NCBI GenBank assembly: GCA_951406725.2
Contig: OX597834.1
Location: 30,380,001-30,444,000 of the forward strand
Length of the DNA: 64,000 nt
Direction: 5' to 3'
Source: Octopus vulgaris
Taxonomy: Eukaryota
Position 1 is the stretch's first letter. Each line of letters opens with the position of its first letter. The notes below the pieces were generated by a model. That model was not told where the DNA came from. It searched no databases and saw nothing but the letters and a program-made list of their open reading frames with translations. Shown here piece after piece: positions 1 through 12,344 of the stretch. Position numbers and translations under genes: made by a program.

Positions 1-371
1 GTAATTGGTTATCATGTAGTGGACTGTTAGCCAGGTCCCTAAGAGGAGCTTCCTGTGAGAGCTACACGATTCTCTGAATCTACATCTTACACAACTCATT
101 AATAGGTGTGTATGGGTGTGTTCCTTGTCTTGATATAGTGTGATAGCTGTAGATGATTACTTCTCTCATAAATCATCAGAGTCTTCCATGTCTAATCATA
201 CATGGAAAACATGTCTAACCATTAAGAAATATTACTTGGAAACTTGCTTGGAAACAGGTGAAGGCTGCTGACAGGAAGGGCATCCAACCATAGAAAATCT
301 GCCTCAACAAATTCTGCCCAACCCAAGCAAGCATGGAAAACTGCTTATTAAATGATGATAATGATGATGAT

Positions 372-775
372 CATCATTATCGTTGTTTAACATCTGCTTT
401 CCATACTGGCATGGATTGGAAAGTTTGACTGAGGGCTGGCAAGCCAGAAGGCTGCACCAGGCTCCAATCTGATTTGGCAAATGTTTCTACAGCTGGTTGC
501 CCTTCCTAACATCAACCATGAGAGTGCTTTTTACATGTCTCCAGCACATGGGCCAGTCAGACGGTACTGGCACCAGCCACACTTGAATGGTGCTTTTTAC
601 ATGCCACCAGCATGAAGGCCAGTCAGCCACACTTGAATAGTGCTTTTTATGTGCCACCAGTACAGGACCAGTCAGCCAGCACTGGCATCGACCACACTTG
701 ACTGGTGCTTTTTACGTGCCACCGGCATGGGAACCAGTCAGCCGGCACTGGCAGCAATCAAGCACAAATGGTGAT
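372..775 (-). mobile_element. Family D SINE/LINE-tail element with internal TGCTTTTTAC(G/A)TGCCACC repeats
   Basis: (CAT)n tail, a gcccttcctaac motif, and four repeats of the tgctttttac-tgccacc core. Same family as 9864, 27402 and 61087. Confidence 0.7.
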
Positions 776-949
776 AATGTAAAAAAAAAAAGTAGGGCAA
801 AATATCTGTATATACATATAAGTAATGTGTGACAACAATTATTTATATTGTATTTTAATTTTATATTGATTTTCTTTTTCTGTAATTATGTAATTTCAAT
901 TTTTCTCTTAGTTTTTTTTTTGGGAGGGGGGATCTTCTGGGTTTTGGTT

Positions 950-1310
950 ACCTTTATTTCTTACTTGATTCAGTCTTTGGACTGCATTTTAGCCAAGCAA
1001 ATTGACCCCAGTACTTAATTCTTAAGTTTGGCACTTCTTCCTTGGTCCCTTTTCCTAAGTTGCAAAATTATAGGGATGTAGACAAACTCCCACCAGTTGT
1101 CAAGCAGTGAGGGGGGTAAACCCACACCCACACACCTACTATGATCTTGGATATAGTTTCCACTGACCAACCCCCAATCTTAAGGCATTGTTTGGCCTGA
1201 AGCTATAGTAAAATACATTTGTCCAAAGCACTCTGCCATGCAAAGGAACTGACCGCCCCCAAACCGCATGGCTGAGAAGTGATCTTGTTAACCACACAGT
1301 CAAGCCTACA
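950..1310 (-). mobile_element. Degraded family A SINE
   Basis: Diverged match to family A tail (ttacttgattcagtc), body and head (aaccacacagtc). Confidence 0.6.
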
Positions 1311-1446
1311 CTTAAAATAACAAATAATAATTATGGAATAAACACTGTGTCTGTTTCTGATATTAATCCTGCTTCTATGGCGTAACTAATGAGAACTTTA
1401 TATCAACTGTGTTAGAAATTTACCATGATTCATAAAAGGAAGGACC

Positions 1447-1478
<32 letters not shown>

Positions 1479-1642
1479 GAGGAAAACCCAGAGCTACACA
1501 CAAAGAGGAAAACCCAGAGCTACACACAAAGAGGAAAACCCATATACACACATATATCCATATGCAAACACATTTCCTGATGTTTGCTAAATACAGTAGT
1601 AACAAAAAAAAATGAAAAAGAAACACCAAATAAATAACATTA

Positions 1643-1681
<39 letters not shown>

Positions 1682-1684
<3 letters not shown>

Positions 1685-3116
1685 ATTAATCAGCCGAAAT
1701 TACTACGATGATCCGGTTCTTGACTGAAGACTGAGGGTTTCGAATGTCCTGTCCGTGTTTATTGTGTCGTCTTCTAAGAGTTATACGTTCTTGTCCATGT
1801 TGTATTTTTCTACATACCTTAACATATATTCCAGGCGCCCCGTACCCCCCTTAACATTTATGTGAGCACATATTCTTAATAATTGGTACGACTCTCTGTT
1901 TGTCTCTCTCTCTCTCTCATTTTTACTTGATCTGTCCCCCTCTCTCTCTTTTCTCCCCACTCATCCTCTTTTTCTCTTCTCTTTCCTCTGATTCTTTGGT
2001 CTAGGCTTCCACTACCCTCCTATTTCTTTGTCTCGCTCTGCACTCACAGGTCATTCTTCGACACCCATCCCTTCTCCTCTCTGATTCCTTCTTTCTCTCT
2101 CTTCTCTCTCTTTGTTGCGTTTGTCCCTCCTCTCTCTCTCTCTTCCTTTGCTTCTCTTTCTTTTCTTTTCTTTTCCCTCTTCTCTGTCACGTGACTGTTG
2201 GCCGAAATCTGCCTTTCAGCCTCTGACCCTCGTTCTGTTAACATCGCTGTTTTCGTCCGCCACTATAAAGGCTTTTTCCATTGCGCCAGAGAAAAAATTT
2301 GTTTGCTTGTTATCAGTCGTAAGACACTGTTGTTTTCACCGTTAATGCTTCTGTATTTCATGTTTCTGTATTCCATTATTGTTTTTTGTTTTTTTATATC
2401 TGTCCCTTTTGCTGTCCTGGTGTTCGTATGCATTCGATCCTTCTTCCAGGAAATCTACGCTTCCAGCTTAGTTTTTCTAATGCTCGTTGCTTGGTTTTTC
2501 TTGGAGGGCTGGCCGTGATCTAGTAATCTCAAGATTAATCAGCCGAAATTACTACGATGATCCGGTTCTTGACTGAAGACTGAGGGTTTCGAATGTCCTG
2601 TCCGTGTTTATTGTGTCGTCTTCTAAGAGTTATACGTTCTTGTCCATGTTGTATTTTTCTACATACCTTAACATATATTCCAGGCGCCCCGTACCCCCTT
2701 AACATTTATGTGAGCACATATTCTTAATAATTGGTACGACTCTCTGTTTGTCTCTCTCTCTCTCTCATTTTTACTTGATCTGTCCCCCTCTCTCTCTTTT
2801 CTCCCCACTCATCCTCTTTTTCTCTTCTCTTTCCTCTGATTCTTTGGTCTAGTCTTCCACTACCCTCCTATTTCTTTGTCTCGCTCTGCACTCACAGGTC
2901 ATTCTTCGACACCCATCCCTTCTCCTCTCTGATTCCTTCTTTCTCTCTCTTCTCTCTCTTTGTTGCGTTTGTCCCTCCTCTCTCTCTCTCTTCCTTTGCT
3001 TCTCTTTCTTTTCTTTTCTTTTCCCTCTTCTCTGTCACGTGACTGTTGGCCGAAATCTGCCTTTCAGCCTCTGACCCTCGTTCTGTTAACATCGCTGTTT
3101 TCGTCCGCCACTATAA
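1682..3116. repeat. ~848-bp direct tandem repeat (one full and one partial unit) within a (TA)n tract; probable Penelope-like or other retroelement terminus
   Basis: 1682-2530 recurs almost exactly from 2531. Identical 66-aa ORFs at 2044 and 2892 are offset by 848. The unit retains CpGs and is bounded by (TA)n on both sides. Confidence 0.85.
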
Positions 3117-3548
3117 GGCATTGTTTGGCCTGAAGCTATAGTAAAATACATTTGTCCAAAGCACTCTGCCATGTCGTAAGACACTGACCGCCCCCAAACC
3201 GCATGGCTTCTGTATTTCATGTTAACCACACAGTAAGCCTACATTATTGTTTTTGTTTTTTATGGAACAAACACTTTTGTGTCTGTGTTCGTATGCATTC
3301 GATCCTGCTTCAGGAAATCTAACGAGAACTTAATATCAACTGTGTTAGAAATTTTCATGATTCATAAGAGGCCGTGATCTAGTAACACAACATTACATCA
3401 CACACACACACACTACGATGATCCAGAGTTCTTGACACAAGACTGAGGGCTACACGAACAAAGAGGAAAACCCATATACACACATATTCCATATGCAAAC
3501 ACATCTTCTAAGATGTTATACGTTCTTGTCCATGTTGTATTTTTCTAC

Positions 3549-3594
<46 letters not shown>

Positions 3595-4329
3595 TATTTA
3601 TGTATGTCATGTTATTTTTACGAATTTTTATGAATTGTCGCTTCACTGATTATTGGGTATTTAGGTTGGTTGGTTGGTTGGTTGGTTGGTTGGTTAGATA
3701 GGTGGCTCGGTTTTGTCATGTTCCCTGAGATGACATCATAAACATGATGATGTCATTAGTCTCTTCCCTGACTTTGCTAGGCCAGTCTTAAGTGATAGTC
3801 ATTTAAGATTAATGGAGCAAAACAAAACAAACAACAACAAAAAAGGTTATTTTTCTTTCCTTTTCTTTGCTTTATTTATTGAAGCTGCCCACACCTCACC
3901 TGCTTTGCAACGATTTCTATGGATTGTAGCATACCTAGATTTCAGAATTTATTTCCTGGCCAGGTTAGCTGTACTCAGTGACAGTATCCAGCAATGGATG
4001 TTTAGTTCTGCCACCTACAGAGTTAGGAAGAGCTCTAACACACACACATTTACACATGTATACATACAAACATACACAACAACTGAATCTACAGGCCATT
4101 TCTTTGGATATTGACCAAGCCGCTTGCATCCTAGAAATATTTGGCAACCCAAAACCGTGTGGCGGGGAAGTGATTTAACCACACACATCTGGATTGTGTT
4201 CTTATTTTACTAAACCCGTCCAAACTCTTGATTTTTTACCCAAAATTATTTTAAACATACAGTCAGTGTATTTCATAAGGAATAGTGTTATGAAACAAAT
4301 CAACCCTTTTGTCATTATTTACCATAGTA

Positions 4330-5049
4330 TTTCTGTTGAAATACAATGCTTTTGTTGCAAGAAATTTTTTGAAAATACTGAAGAATTTAGTGAAATAACT
4401 TTCTTTATTAAGCTGATGATTGGAACATACACTAACATAAATTTTGATGGAAAGTATTAATTTAGATCACTTTAACCCTTTCGTTACCATATTTTGTCAT
4501 AACATACGCAACCTTTGTTTCAATTAATTTTTGAAAATAATGAAGAATTTAGTCAAATATTTTGTTGTATCTCAGGAGGGTCATTATGCCATTGTAAACA
4601 CACCCACTGGTTCTATTTCACTTTTTTTTTTGTATTAACCTCATCAATGACATGACCTTCTCCACTCCAAGTCTGCCTCAGATAACTTTGTTGTTATTAA
4701 GCTGGTGTTTAGAACATAAATTCCTTTCTACTGTAGGTATAAGGCATGAAATTTTTGGGGAGGGGGCTTGTCAATTACACTGTCCCCTGTGCTCAATAGT
4801 TACATATTTTATCAACCCCAAAAGGATGAAAGGCAAAGTCAACCCTGGGAGAATTTGAACTCGGAATATAAAGACCCAAAAGAAATACCCCTAATTTTAC
4901 CCAACATATTAACGATTCTGCCAGCTTATTTTGAACATGAATCAACATGAAATTTTGATGGAAACTTTTAATTCAGATCACTTTAAGGCAGGAAGCTTAC
5001 GTCAGCAGACCGGGGGTGGCGTCAACCAGGTTGGTATTCAAAGGGTTAA
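4330..5049. mobile_element. Nested cluster of TTAA-flanked piggyBac-type MITEs with other repeat fragments inside
   Basis: ttaa|CCCTTTCGTTACC at ~4472 and TTCAAAGGG|ttaa at ~5040-5049. The internal motif gaagaatttagtgaaataact is repeated. Confidence 0.65.
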
Positions 5050-5116
5050 TAAAAAGAAAAGAAAACGAAAAAAGAAAAAGAAATCATTCAAAAACATCTC
5101 AGAAAAAATCTCTCAC

Positions 5117-5414
5117 CCGTTCCTGAGTCATTCTTGCTAATGCGATAGGCATTCAGATCTTGAAGTTCCTCGCGGAGTTCTGTTAATTTGTTATTAGCTC
5201 GCTTTACAAGGCTGTTGATGTTGGATAAGCTTTTCTTGTCGGTGCTCACCTCCCTAAGGCGTTCAGCACCTTCTTTAATTTTCATCTCTTTCCGAATTTC
5301 TTTCTTCAAATTCTCGCATGCATGATCAAGATGCTGCTGAATGCTGGCATCGGATAGATCAGCTAAATGATATCGAGCTTCTAGGTCAGCATGAGTATTT
5401 TTGGTGTAACCTCC
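5117..5414 (-). CDS. PKN2: Internal coding exon of a protein kinase N (PKN/PRK, PKN2-like) gene, encoding the HR1a Rho-binding coiled coil
   Basis: Minus strand shows a polypyrimidine acceptor (ttttttctgttcttctgcag|GGAGGT, exon start 5414) and a donor (GGAACGG|gtgaga, exon end 5117). The exon is 298 nt, phase 0 to phase 1, and open: GGYTKNTHADLEARYHLADLSDASIQQHLDHACENLKKEIRKEMKIKEGAERLREVSTDKKSLSNINSLVKRANNKLTELREELQDLNAYRISKNDSGT. EIRKEMKIKEGAERLREV matches the PKN HR1a signature (EIRKELKIKEGAE.LR). The paralog number is nominal for an invertebrate. Confidence 0.92.
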
Positions 5415-5532
5415 CTGCAGAAGAACAGAAAAAAAAAATTTTAATTTAGGTAATGTGCATTATAATTGGATCCAAAGAGTAAATGAAAAATTGCAACACC
5501 CTTGAACCAGTTTACAAATATATATATATATA

Positions 5533-5650
5533 TGAGGCGCAATGGAGGCGCAATGGCCAAGTGGTTAGGGCAGCGGACTTGCGGTCGGAGGATCGCGGTT
5601 TCGATTCCCAGACCGGGCGTTGTGTGTGTTTATTGAGCGAAAACACCTAA
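5533..5650 (+). mobile_element. 3'-truncated family C tRNA-derived SINE head with a duplicated 5' end
   Basis: gaggcgcaatg is repeated twice, followed by A box (tggccaagtgg) and B box-like ggtttcgattcc. Matches the heads at 7461, 26304 and 58157. Confidence 0.8.
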
Positions 5651-5911
5651 AAAAAAAATATAGTAGAAATATGTTACGAAAAGAAAATATAAAATACACG
5701 TGGCAATGTAAGGGCAAAATATGAAAAATCAACGAAAATGCACATTGCAAATAGAAAAAGGCTATTTATGACAGGTAACGACAAATATATACATTTAGAT
5801 TGACTGAGGTAGTAATACGAGTCATAAAGTCATTATTATGAGATGATTATAAGATGATAATAAAGTAAGAGAACAAAACGAACCATGGTTTACGCAAAGC
5901 TATTCATTGTT

Positions 5912-5956
<45 letters not shown>

Positions 5957-5958
<2 letters not shown>

Positions 5959-6344
5959 TCTTTTATTTGTTTCAGTCATTTGACTGCAGCCATGCTAGAG
6001 CACAGCCTTTAGTCGAGAAAATCGACCCCGGGACTTATTCTTTGTAAGCCCAGTACTTATTTCTATCGGTCTCTTTTGCCGAACCGCTAAGTGACGGGGA
6101 CGTAAACACACCAGCATCGGTTGTCAAGCAATGCTAGGGGGACAAACACACACATACATATATATGCATATACATATATACGACAGGCTTCTTTCAGTTT
6201 CCGTCTACCAAATCCACTCACAAGGCTTTGGTCGGCCCGGGGCTATAGCAGAAGACACTTGCCCAAGATGCCACGCAGTGGGACTGAACCCGGAACCATG
6301 TGGTTGGTAAACAAGCTACTTACTACACAGCCACTCCTGCGCCT
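5957..6344 (-). mobile_element. Full-length family A tRNA-derived SINE with CORE-like segment
   Basis: Minus-strand head aggcgcaggagtggctgtgt with B box ggttcagtcc, a CORE-like cttgggcaagtgtctt segment, an internal (TA/TG)n tract and tail gactgaaacaa.taaaagag. More than 10 near-identical copies are in the window. Confidence 0.9.
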
Positions 6345-6714
6345 ATGTATATATACACACAGATGTGTACACACACAGATGTGTACACACACAAATCCAC
6401 TTCCCTTGAAAATTAATGATAAATGGTGAACAGAAAACTGTAAAAATATATGATGGATTTTGTATGTTGCTGGAGGTGTGTTCTGAAATGTTCTTTTATT
6501 TTTCTACGCGTTTCAGTCATTTGGCTGCAGCCATGCTGGAGCACCATCTTGATTGAATTTTACAGAATTTCTCCTACATATGGTAATAAACACGATGAAG
6601 ATTTAATTTTGTCCTAAAATAGGTATTTCAATGCCAGAATTGGTTTTATCTGATAAATAAGGAAAAAGTTAGACTTGGCTTGCTGCCTCTCTGGGCCGTA
6701 GCCAACATATCCAT

Positions 6715-6816
6715 AACACCAGCACCACCAGTAGCAGCAGCAACCCCCACCATCAGCATCACAGCCACCAACTACCAACACATCTACCAGCACCACCACC
6801 ACCACCAGTAGTAGCA
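6715..6816. repeat. (CAC/CAG)n low-complexity tract
   Basis: Degenerate cac/cag trinucleotide repeats. Confidence 0.7.
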
Positions 6817-7234
6817 AAATAGGAAATCAATATGAAGAAAATGATACAGTTTTATCTGAAATAACCTTGAAAGAAGAGCATTGATGAAAAATTTGAAATT
6901 CATCTGTGCAAAGAGGGTCTAATCAAAGTAGTTTGAAGAAAATGTTGCCAATGGCAACAATATGTCATAAAGAAAGAAAAAAGAACTGAACAAGGAAAAT
7001 TGATTTACAGATTCCTCTGACTTGACTAGAACGGTTGTCTTTTATCTCTTTTACTTGTTACAGTCATTGGACTGCAGCCATGCTGGAGCACCTCTTTCAA
7101 GGGATTTATTCAAGCAAATTGATCTCAGTACTTATTTCTGCATTCAAGCCAGTTACTTATTCTAAGAGTCTCTTTTGCTAAGTTATGGGGAATGTAAACA
7201 AACTGACATCGGTTATCAAGTGGTGATGGGATTG

Positions 7235-8030
7235 ACCATCAGATCAGACATCGGAAACGAGACATTGTTGTAGTGAAGAAAAAAAGAAGAAAAAAACATG
7301 CATGATAATTGACATAGCATGTCTCGGAGACAACAGGATCTAAGAAAAAAAAAAAAAGTGAAACTGTACAACTACAACGATTTGAAGTGGGGAAATACGC
7401 AGGTTGTGGGCAATGAAGAGAGTGGACGTGATGCCAATAGTAATTGGTACACTTAGCAGTCGGAGGCACAATGGCCCAGTGGTTAGGGCAATGGACTCGT
7501 GGTCGGAGGATCGCGGTTTCGATTCCCAGACCGAGCATTGTGAGTGTTTATTGAGCGAAAACACCTAAAGCTCCACGATGCTCCAGCAGGGGGTGGTGGT
7601 GAACCCTGTTGTACTCTTTCACCACAACTTTCTCTCGCTCTTTCTTCCTGTTTCTCTTGTACCTGTATTTCAAAGGGCCAGCCTTGTCACATTCTCTGTG
7701 TCACGCTGAATCTCCTCGAGAACTACGTTAAGGGTACACGTGTCTGTGGAGTGCTCAGCCACTTGCACGTTAATATCACGAGCAAGCTGTTCCGTTGATC
7801 GTATCAGCTGGGACCCTCATCGTCGCAACCGACAGAGTGCTCCTATATACACTTAGCAGTATCAGCACTCAACAGCCAAAACGGATGAAAAAAGAATGGT
7901 AGAAATGTTAAGATAGAAGACCTAAAACAAGGATCAACATTTCTTGGAACTGCAAGAATTCTTTGCAGGGTTTGGAAGCATGATCAGTAAACAAGTGTCA
8001 CCTTAGTCTGCTGGCTGTGGGCAGCTGACA
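7235..8030 (+). mobile_element. Decayed R4/Dong-type (RLE endonuclease) non-LTR retrotransposon 3' fragment, split by a family C SINE
   Basis: Translation with frameshifts gives HQIRHRKRDIVVVKK..TCMIIDIACLGDNRI*..LKWEIRRLWAMKRVDVMPIVIGTLS, then after the SINE FLGTARILCRVW. This resembles the RLE domain (RPDIVV..IIDIAVP) and the LLGTARILRKVL C-terminus of R4/Dong elements. Confidence 0.75.
7461..7847 (+). mobile_element. Full-length family C tRNA-derived SINE with 13-bp TSD
   Basis: TSD TACACTTAGCAGT at 7448-7460 and 7848-7860, with A and B boxes in the head. Confidence 0.92.
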
Positions 8031-8193
8031 CTTTCCATCATATCCAGCAAAGGAAGCTAAGTTTTTATGATGATGATGATGAAGATTAGTATAACTAGTA
8101 AGTCCAAAAGTATAATTGGCAAAAGGCTCTGCTAACACTGCCAGGTAGCCAGGTAGAGTGCAAATGATGTGCTTCAAACATAATCCTTTTATA

Positions 8194-8416
8194 TATTTCT
8201 TTATTGCCCACAAGGGGCTAAACATAGGGGGGACAAACAAAGACAGACAAAGCGATTAAGTCAATTACATCAACCCCAGTGCATAACTGGTACTTTATTT
8301 ATCGACCCCGAAAGGATGAAAGGCAAAGTCGACCTCTGCGGAATTTGAACTCAGAACGTAGCAGCAGAAGAAATATGGCTACGCATTTTGCCCGGCATGC
8401 TAACGATTCTGCCAGT
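8194..8416 (-). mobile_element. Family B tRNA-derived SINE
   Basis: Reverse complement of the B consensus (gagttcaaattccgc, gcctttcatcctttcggggtcgataaa, tail aataaagaaata). Confidence 0.85.
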
Positions 8417-9064
8417 TTCTATTTTGCTATTCTCTTCCCTAAAAGCTAAGTACATGAAGCATTAACAGTAATTAACTGACGAAGTTTTAAATGTGTAATT
8501 TAACCTTTTTGTCGCCATATTTCTGTTGAAAGACAATGCCTTTGTTTCAATAGATTTTGGATATAATGAAGAATTTAGTAAAATGACTTTGGCCCTTATT
8601 AACCTTTTTGATACCAACCCGCATGAAACTCCCCCAGTAGTTCTATGATACAATTTCTTGTTTTAAAGTTCATCAAAAATTGATGTGATGTTCCAAATAC
8701 TTTCTGTTGTCAACCCTCACCTGTTTCCAAACCAAGGTAAATATTTCCGCCATAAGATGTTTGCATAGAATATTGGAGATGAATGACATTGCTCATTGGA
8801 CAGTGACACTCATTTACAACTATCAGGCACTGTCACAACAGAGACAAACATAGACACTCATACAGCCAAGGGCCTTCTTTCAGTTTCTGTCAACCAATTC
8901 CACTCACAAGGTTTTGATCAGCCTAGGGTTATAGCAGAAGATACTTGCCCAAGGTACCATGCAGTGGGACTGAACCCAAAACCACATGATCAGGGAGCAA
9001 AATTCTTAACCACACAATTACATCCATGCCTACACGCACACATGTATTGTATACATAAAGATTT

Positions 9065-9091
<27 letters not shown>

Positions 9092-9095
<4 letters not shown>

Positions 9096-9318
9096 TTCTT
9101 TACTACCCACAAGGGGCTAAACACAGAGAGGACAAAGAAGGACAGACAAACGGATCAAGTCGATTACATCGCCCCCAGTGTGTAACTGGTACTTAATTTA
9201 TCAACCCCGAAAGGACGAAAGGCAAAGTCGACCTCGGCGGAATTTGAACTCAGAACGTAACGGCAGACGAAATACGGCTACGCATTTCGTCCGGCGTGCT
9301 AACGTTTCTGCCAGCTCG

Positions 9319-9321
<3 letters not shown>
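9092..9321 (-). mobile_element. Family B SINE between (TA)n tracts
   Basis: Full-length match to the B consensus. Confidence 0.88.
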
Positions 9322-9384
<63 letters not shown>

Positions 9385-9863
9385 AATATACATACTTGCT
9401 ATAGGCCTCCACAAAGTCCTCAGGATTATAAAGTTGTAAGCAATTATCAGTTTACTAGAGACAGAGTCAGTAACAATACACTTTGACTAAACATAAATTA
9501 TAATATAACATTTAAAATTCCCAGTTACACAAATATTGTTAAATTATCTTTTCCAGATCTCGTCTGCAGTAGAGCGGTTAACATGAAACATTGCGAAAAG
9601 CATCAATTTCACAGTATAAATAATTCTTTATAATTTTGGCAAAAGGCCAGTAGTTTTAGCGGGGGTGGGCATGTTGATTACATTGCCCCCCGCCCAGTAT
9701 TTGACTGGTATTTTATTTCATCAACTGCAAAAGGATACAAAGCAAGGTTGATCCCACAACAGGATTTTAGCTCAGCACACAAAGAGCTGGAAGCAATGCT
9801 GCTAAGCATTTTTGCCGAGATAACAATTTTATCAGCTTGCCACAATAATAATAATAATAATAA

Positions 9864-10155
9864 TCGTTCGTTTAACGTCCGCTTTCCATGCTAGCATGGG
9901 TTGGACGATTTTGACTGAGGGCTGGCAAACCAGATGGCTGCACCAGGCTCCAATCTTGATTTGGCAGAGTTTCTACAGCTGGATGCCCTTCCTAACGCCA
10001 ACCACTCCAAGGGTGTAGTGGGTGCTTTTTACGTGCCACCGGCATGGGGGCCGTGCCAGTAAGGCGATGTTGGTAACAATCACGCTCGAATGGTGCCCTT
10101 TTACGTGCCACTGGCAGAGAAGCCAGTTGGCTGCTTTGCAACGATCACGCTCGAA
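9864..10155 (-). mobile_element. Family D element flanked by (AAT)n
   Basis: cgtttaacgtccgctttccatgctagcatgggttggacg...ggatgcccttcctaacgccaacc, with (AAT)n on both sides. Confidence 0.8.
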
Positions 10156-10897
10156 TAATAATAATAATAATAATAATTTCTATTATAGGTGCAAAGTCTG
10201 AAATTTTCAGAGGGAAGGAGTTAATTGACTACATTGGCCCCAGAGTTGAACTGCTTTGGTTTTATCAACCCCAAAAAAGGTGAAAGGCAAAGTCAATCTT
10301 GGCAGAATTTGAATTCAGAATGGTAAGTGCCAGAATAAATGCTGATAAATATTTTGTTCGAGCTGATAATGATTCTACCAGCTTGCTGCCTTCATTTAAT
10401 ATTTTGGTAATATAAGCATTTTATTTTAAAACACTCAGCTTGTCCACTTTCATTGTTACTGGAATAGAATTCTTCAACAGCCTACCAGACATTCTTGGCT
10501 CAACGAGAAATAATTGACACAGCACCAACCATTTCCTTCTTCCTTTTTTCATCACGAAACAAAGCCATTCTCCAATGACATGTAATACAATTGTTACATT
10601 TGCCTTTTGACACCATCTCCTCCTTGTCCTCCAACATCCTTTTCCGTTTCCATAAGGGGTAGTTCACAAGATAAGAGGAGTTATGTACTCAACACTAGCC
10701 AACTTGCTTTCGCCATTTGTCCCTACTGGTCACAAGGTCAGCAGCTTCGTTATATCTTATATTACATCCGGTTAAATCGCCATTAATTAGATTATAAAAC
10801 ATACATCTTTCACACAACTCCTCCAATACAATAATGAATCACACGGGTCAAATCAATGGTCGGTAGACTATTTTGCTATATTTGTTGGCAATATTAA

Positions 10898-11116
10898 CCC
10901 TTTAGTATTTAAACCGGCCATATCCGGCCAAAATAGTTAATCTGTTTTATGTTCAAACTGACCAGATCCAGGCGCTCACACCTACCCTACAATGTTATTC
11001 TACATTAGGTAATTACACCATCAAGATCTTGAAGATATGAGATAATGCATGGTTTATTCAAATCAATGTGAATCAATAAGCATTATGTTTGATGGAATAA
11101 TCAGAACGCTAAAGGG
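10898..11116. mobile_element. piggyBac-type MITE (family E1), TTAA TSD
   Basis: TTAA (10894-97) CCCTTTAGTATTT ... GAACGCTAAAGGG TTAA (11117-20). About 220 bp, non-coding. Confidence 0.85.
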
Positions 11117-11803
11117 TTAAGGTAACACATTTTTTTTTCCACAGAAAAAAAAAAAGGGGGAGAAAAGAAAGGGGCAAAAGTCTCAAAAAGACATACACAC
11201 AGAGACACAAACACAAAGACACACACACACACATACACAGACTCGCACACATGATGAACTTGACAAGGATACACAAACGTACATGAGCACACACACGCAC
11301 ACACACACACATGATAGGCTTGCTTCAGTTTCCATCTACCAAATCCATTCACAAGGCTTTGGTCAGCCCAGGGTTTATATGTTTGTGCAAGGTTACCATT
11401 CAGTGGGACTGAACCCGAGATCATGTGACCGGGGAAGCAAACTCCTTCACCGCACAGCCACACCCATAACGTGCAAAGATCTGCACAGGATGAAATCAAA
11501 CGAGACGAGTACAACATGCTGCATGTGTAACATTAAATCGTACGAATGTCAGAGTGTAAGCGAGATGAGAAGAGAAAGTAGAGTGTCAGCAGCAAGGGGG
11601 GGGGGGTCCATTAAAAGCCATCAGTTGCTCTAATGCAAGTTTGGCAGTTAGTTGCACTGCTGATATGAAAAATCATGTGATCTGAAATGGTTATAATAAA
11701 ACGTGGAGTGGAATAAGTGCCATGTTCTGTCTGTCTGTCTGTCAAAGTGGAAGGGGCCCACAACAGTGAGAAAGAAGGAAACCACACAAAGCTTTAATGG
11801 AGA

Positions 11804-11805
<2 letters not shown>

Positions 11806-11872
<67 letters not shown>

Positions 11873-12231
11873 TAATAATAATGATAATAATAATAGTAAT
11901 AATAATGATAATAATGATAATAATGATAATAATAATAATAATAATGATAATAATAATGATAATAATAATAATAGTAATAATAATGATAATAATAATGATA
12001 ATAATAATAGTAATAATAATGATAATAATGATAATAATGATAATAATAATAATAATAGTAATAATAATGATAATAATGATAATAATGATAATAATAATAA
12101 TGATAATAATAATAATAGTAATAATAATAATAATGATAATAATTATAATAATAATAATAATAATAATAACAATAATAATGATGATAATAATAATGATAAT
12201 GATGATAATAATAATAATAATGATAATGATA

Positions 12232-12267
<36 letters not shown>

Positions 12268-12291
12268 GTAATAATAATAATAATAATAATG

Positions 12292-12325
<34 letters not shown>

Positions 12326-12344
12326 TAATAATAATGATAATAAT
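11806..12344. repeat. ~540-bp (AAT)n microsatellite with GAT/AGT variants
   Basis: Seen directly. It explains the poly-N/I/Y/L ORFs. Confidence 0.97.

Noticed and set aside
520-775. CRISPR-like repeat-spacer look, also at 37059-37230 and 19139-19745
   Set aside because: The context is eukaryotic, there are no cas genes, and the spacers are related to each other or absent.
2520-2590. Possible type II hammerhead (GAAA...CTGAAGA) in the 848-bp repeat
   Set aside because: Stems I and II cannot be formed convincingly.
5088-5116. C-terminal ERFFLRCF of the listed 73-aa ORF
   Set aside because: It is intronic read-through past the gtgag donor at 5116.
6121-6429. Recurrent 'RLPNPLTRLWSARGYSRRHLPK' ORF family
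   Set aside because: It is a reading frame through non-coding family A SINE copies.
7461-7535. tRNA-like sequences with A/B boxes here and in the other SINE heads
   Set aside because: They are SINE heads continuing into SINE bodies with TSDs, and no intact cloverleaf was evident.
10441-10880. Possible transposase or exon remnant in unique sequence
   Set aside because: The minus-strand frames I translated gave no recognisable motif, the ORF track shows nothing here, and no coherent splice pair was found.
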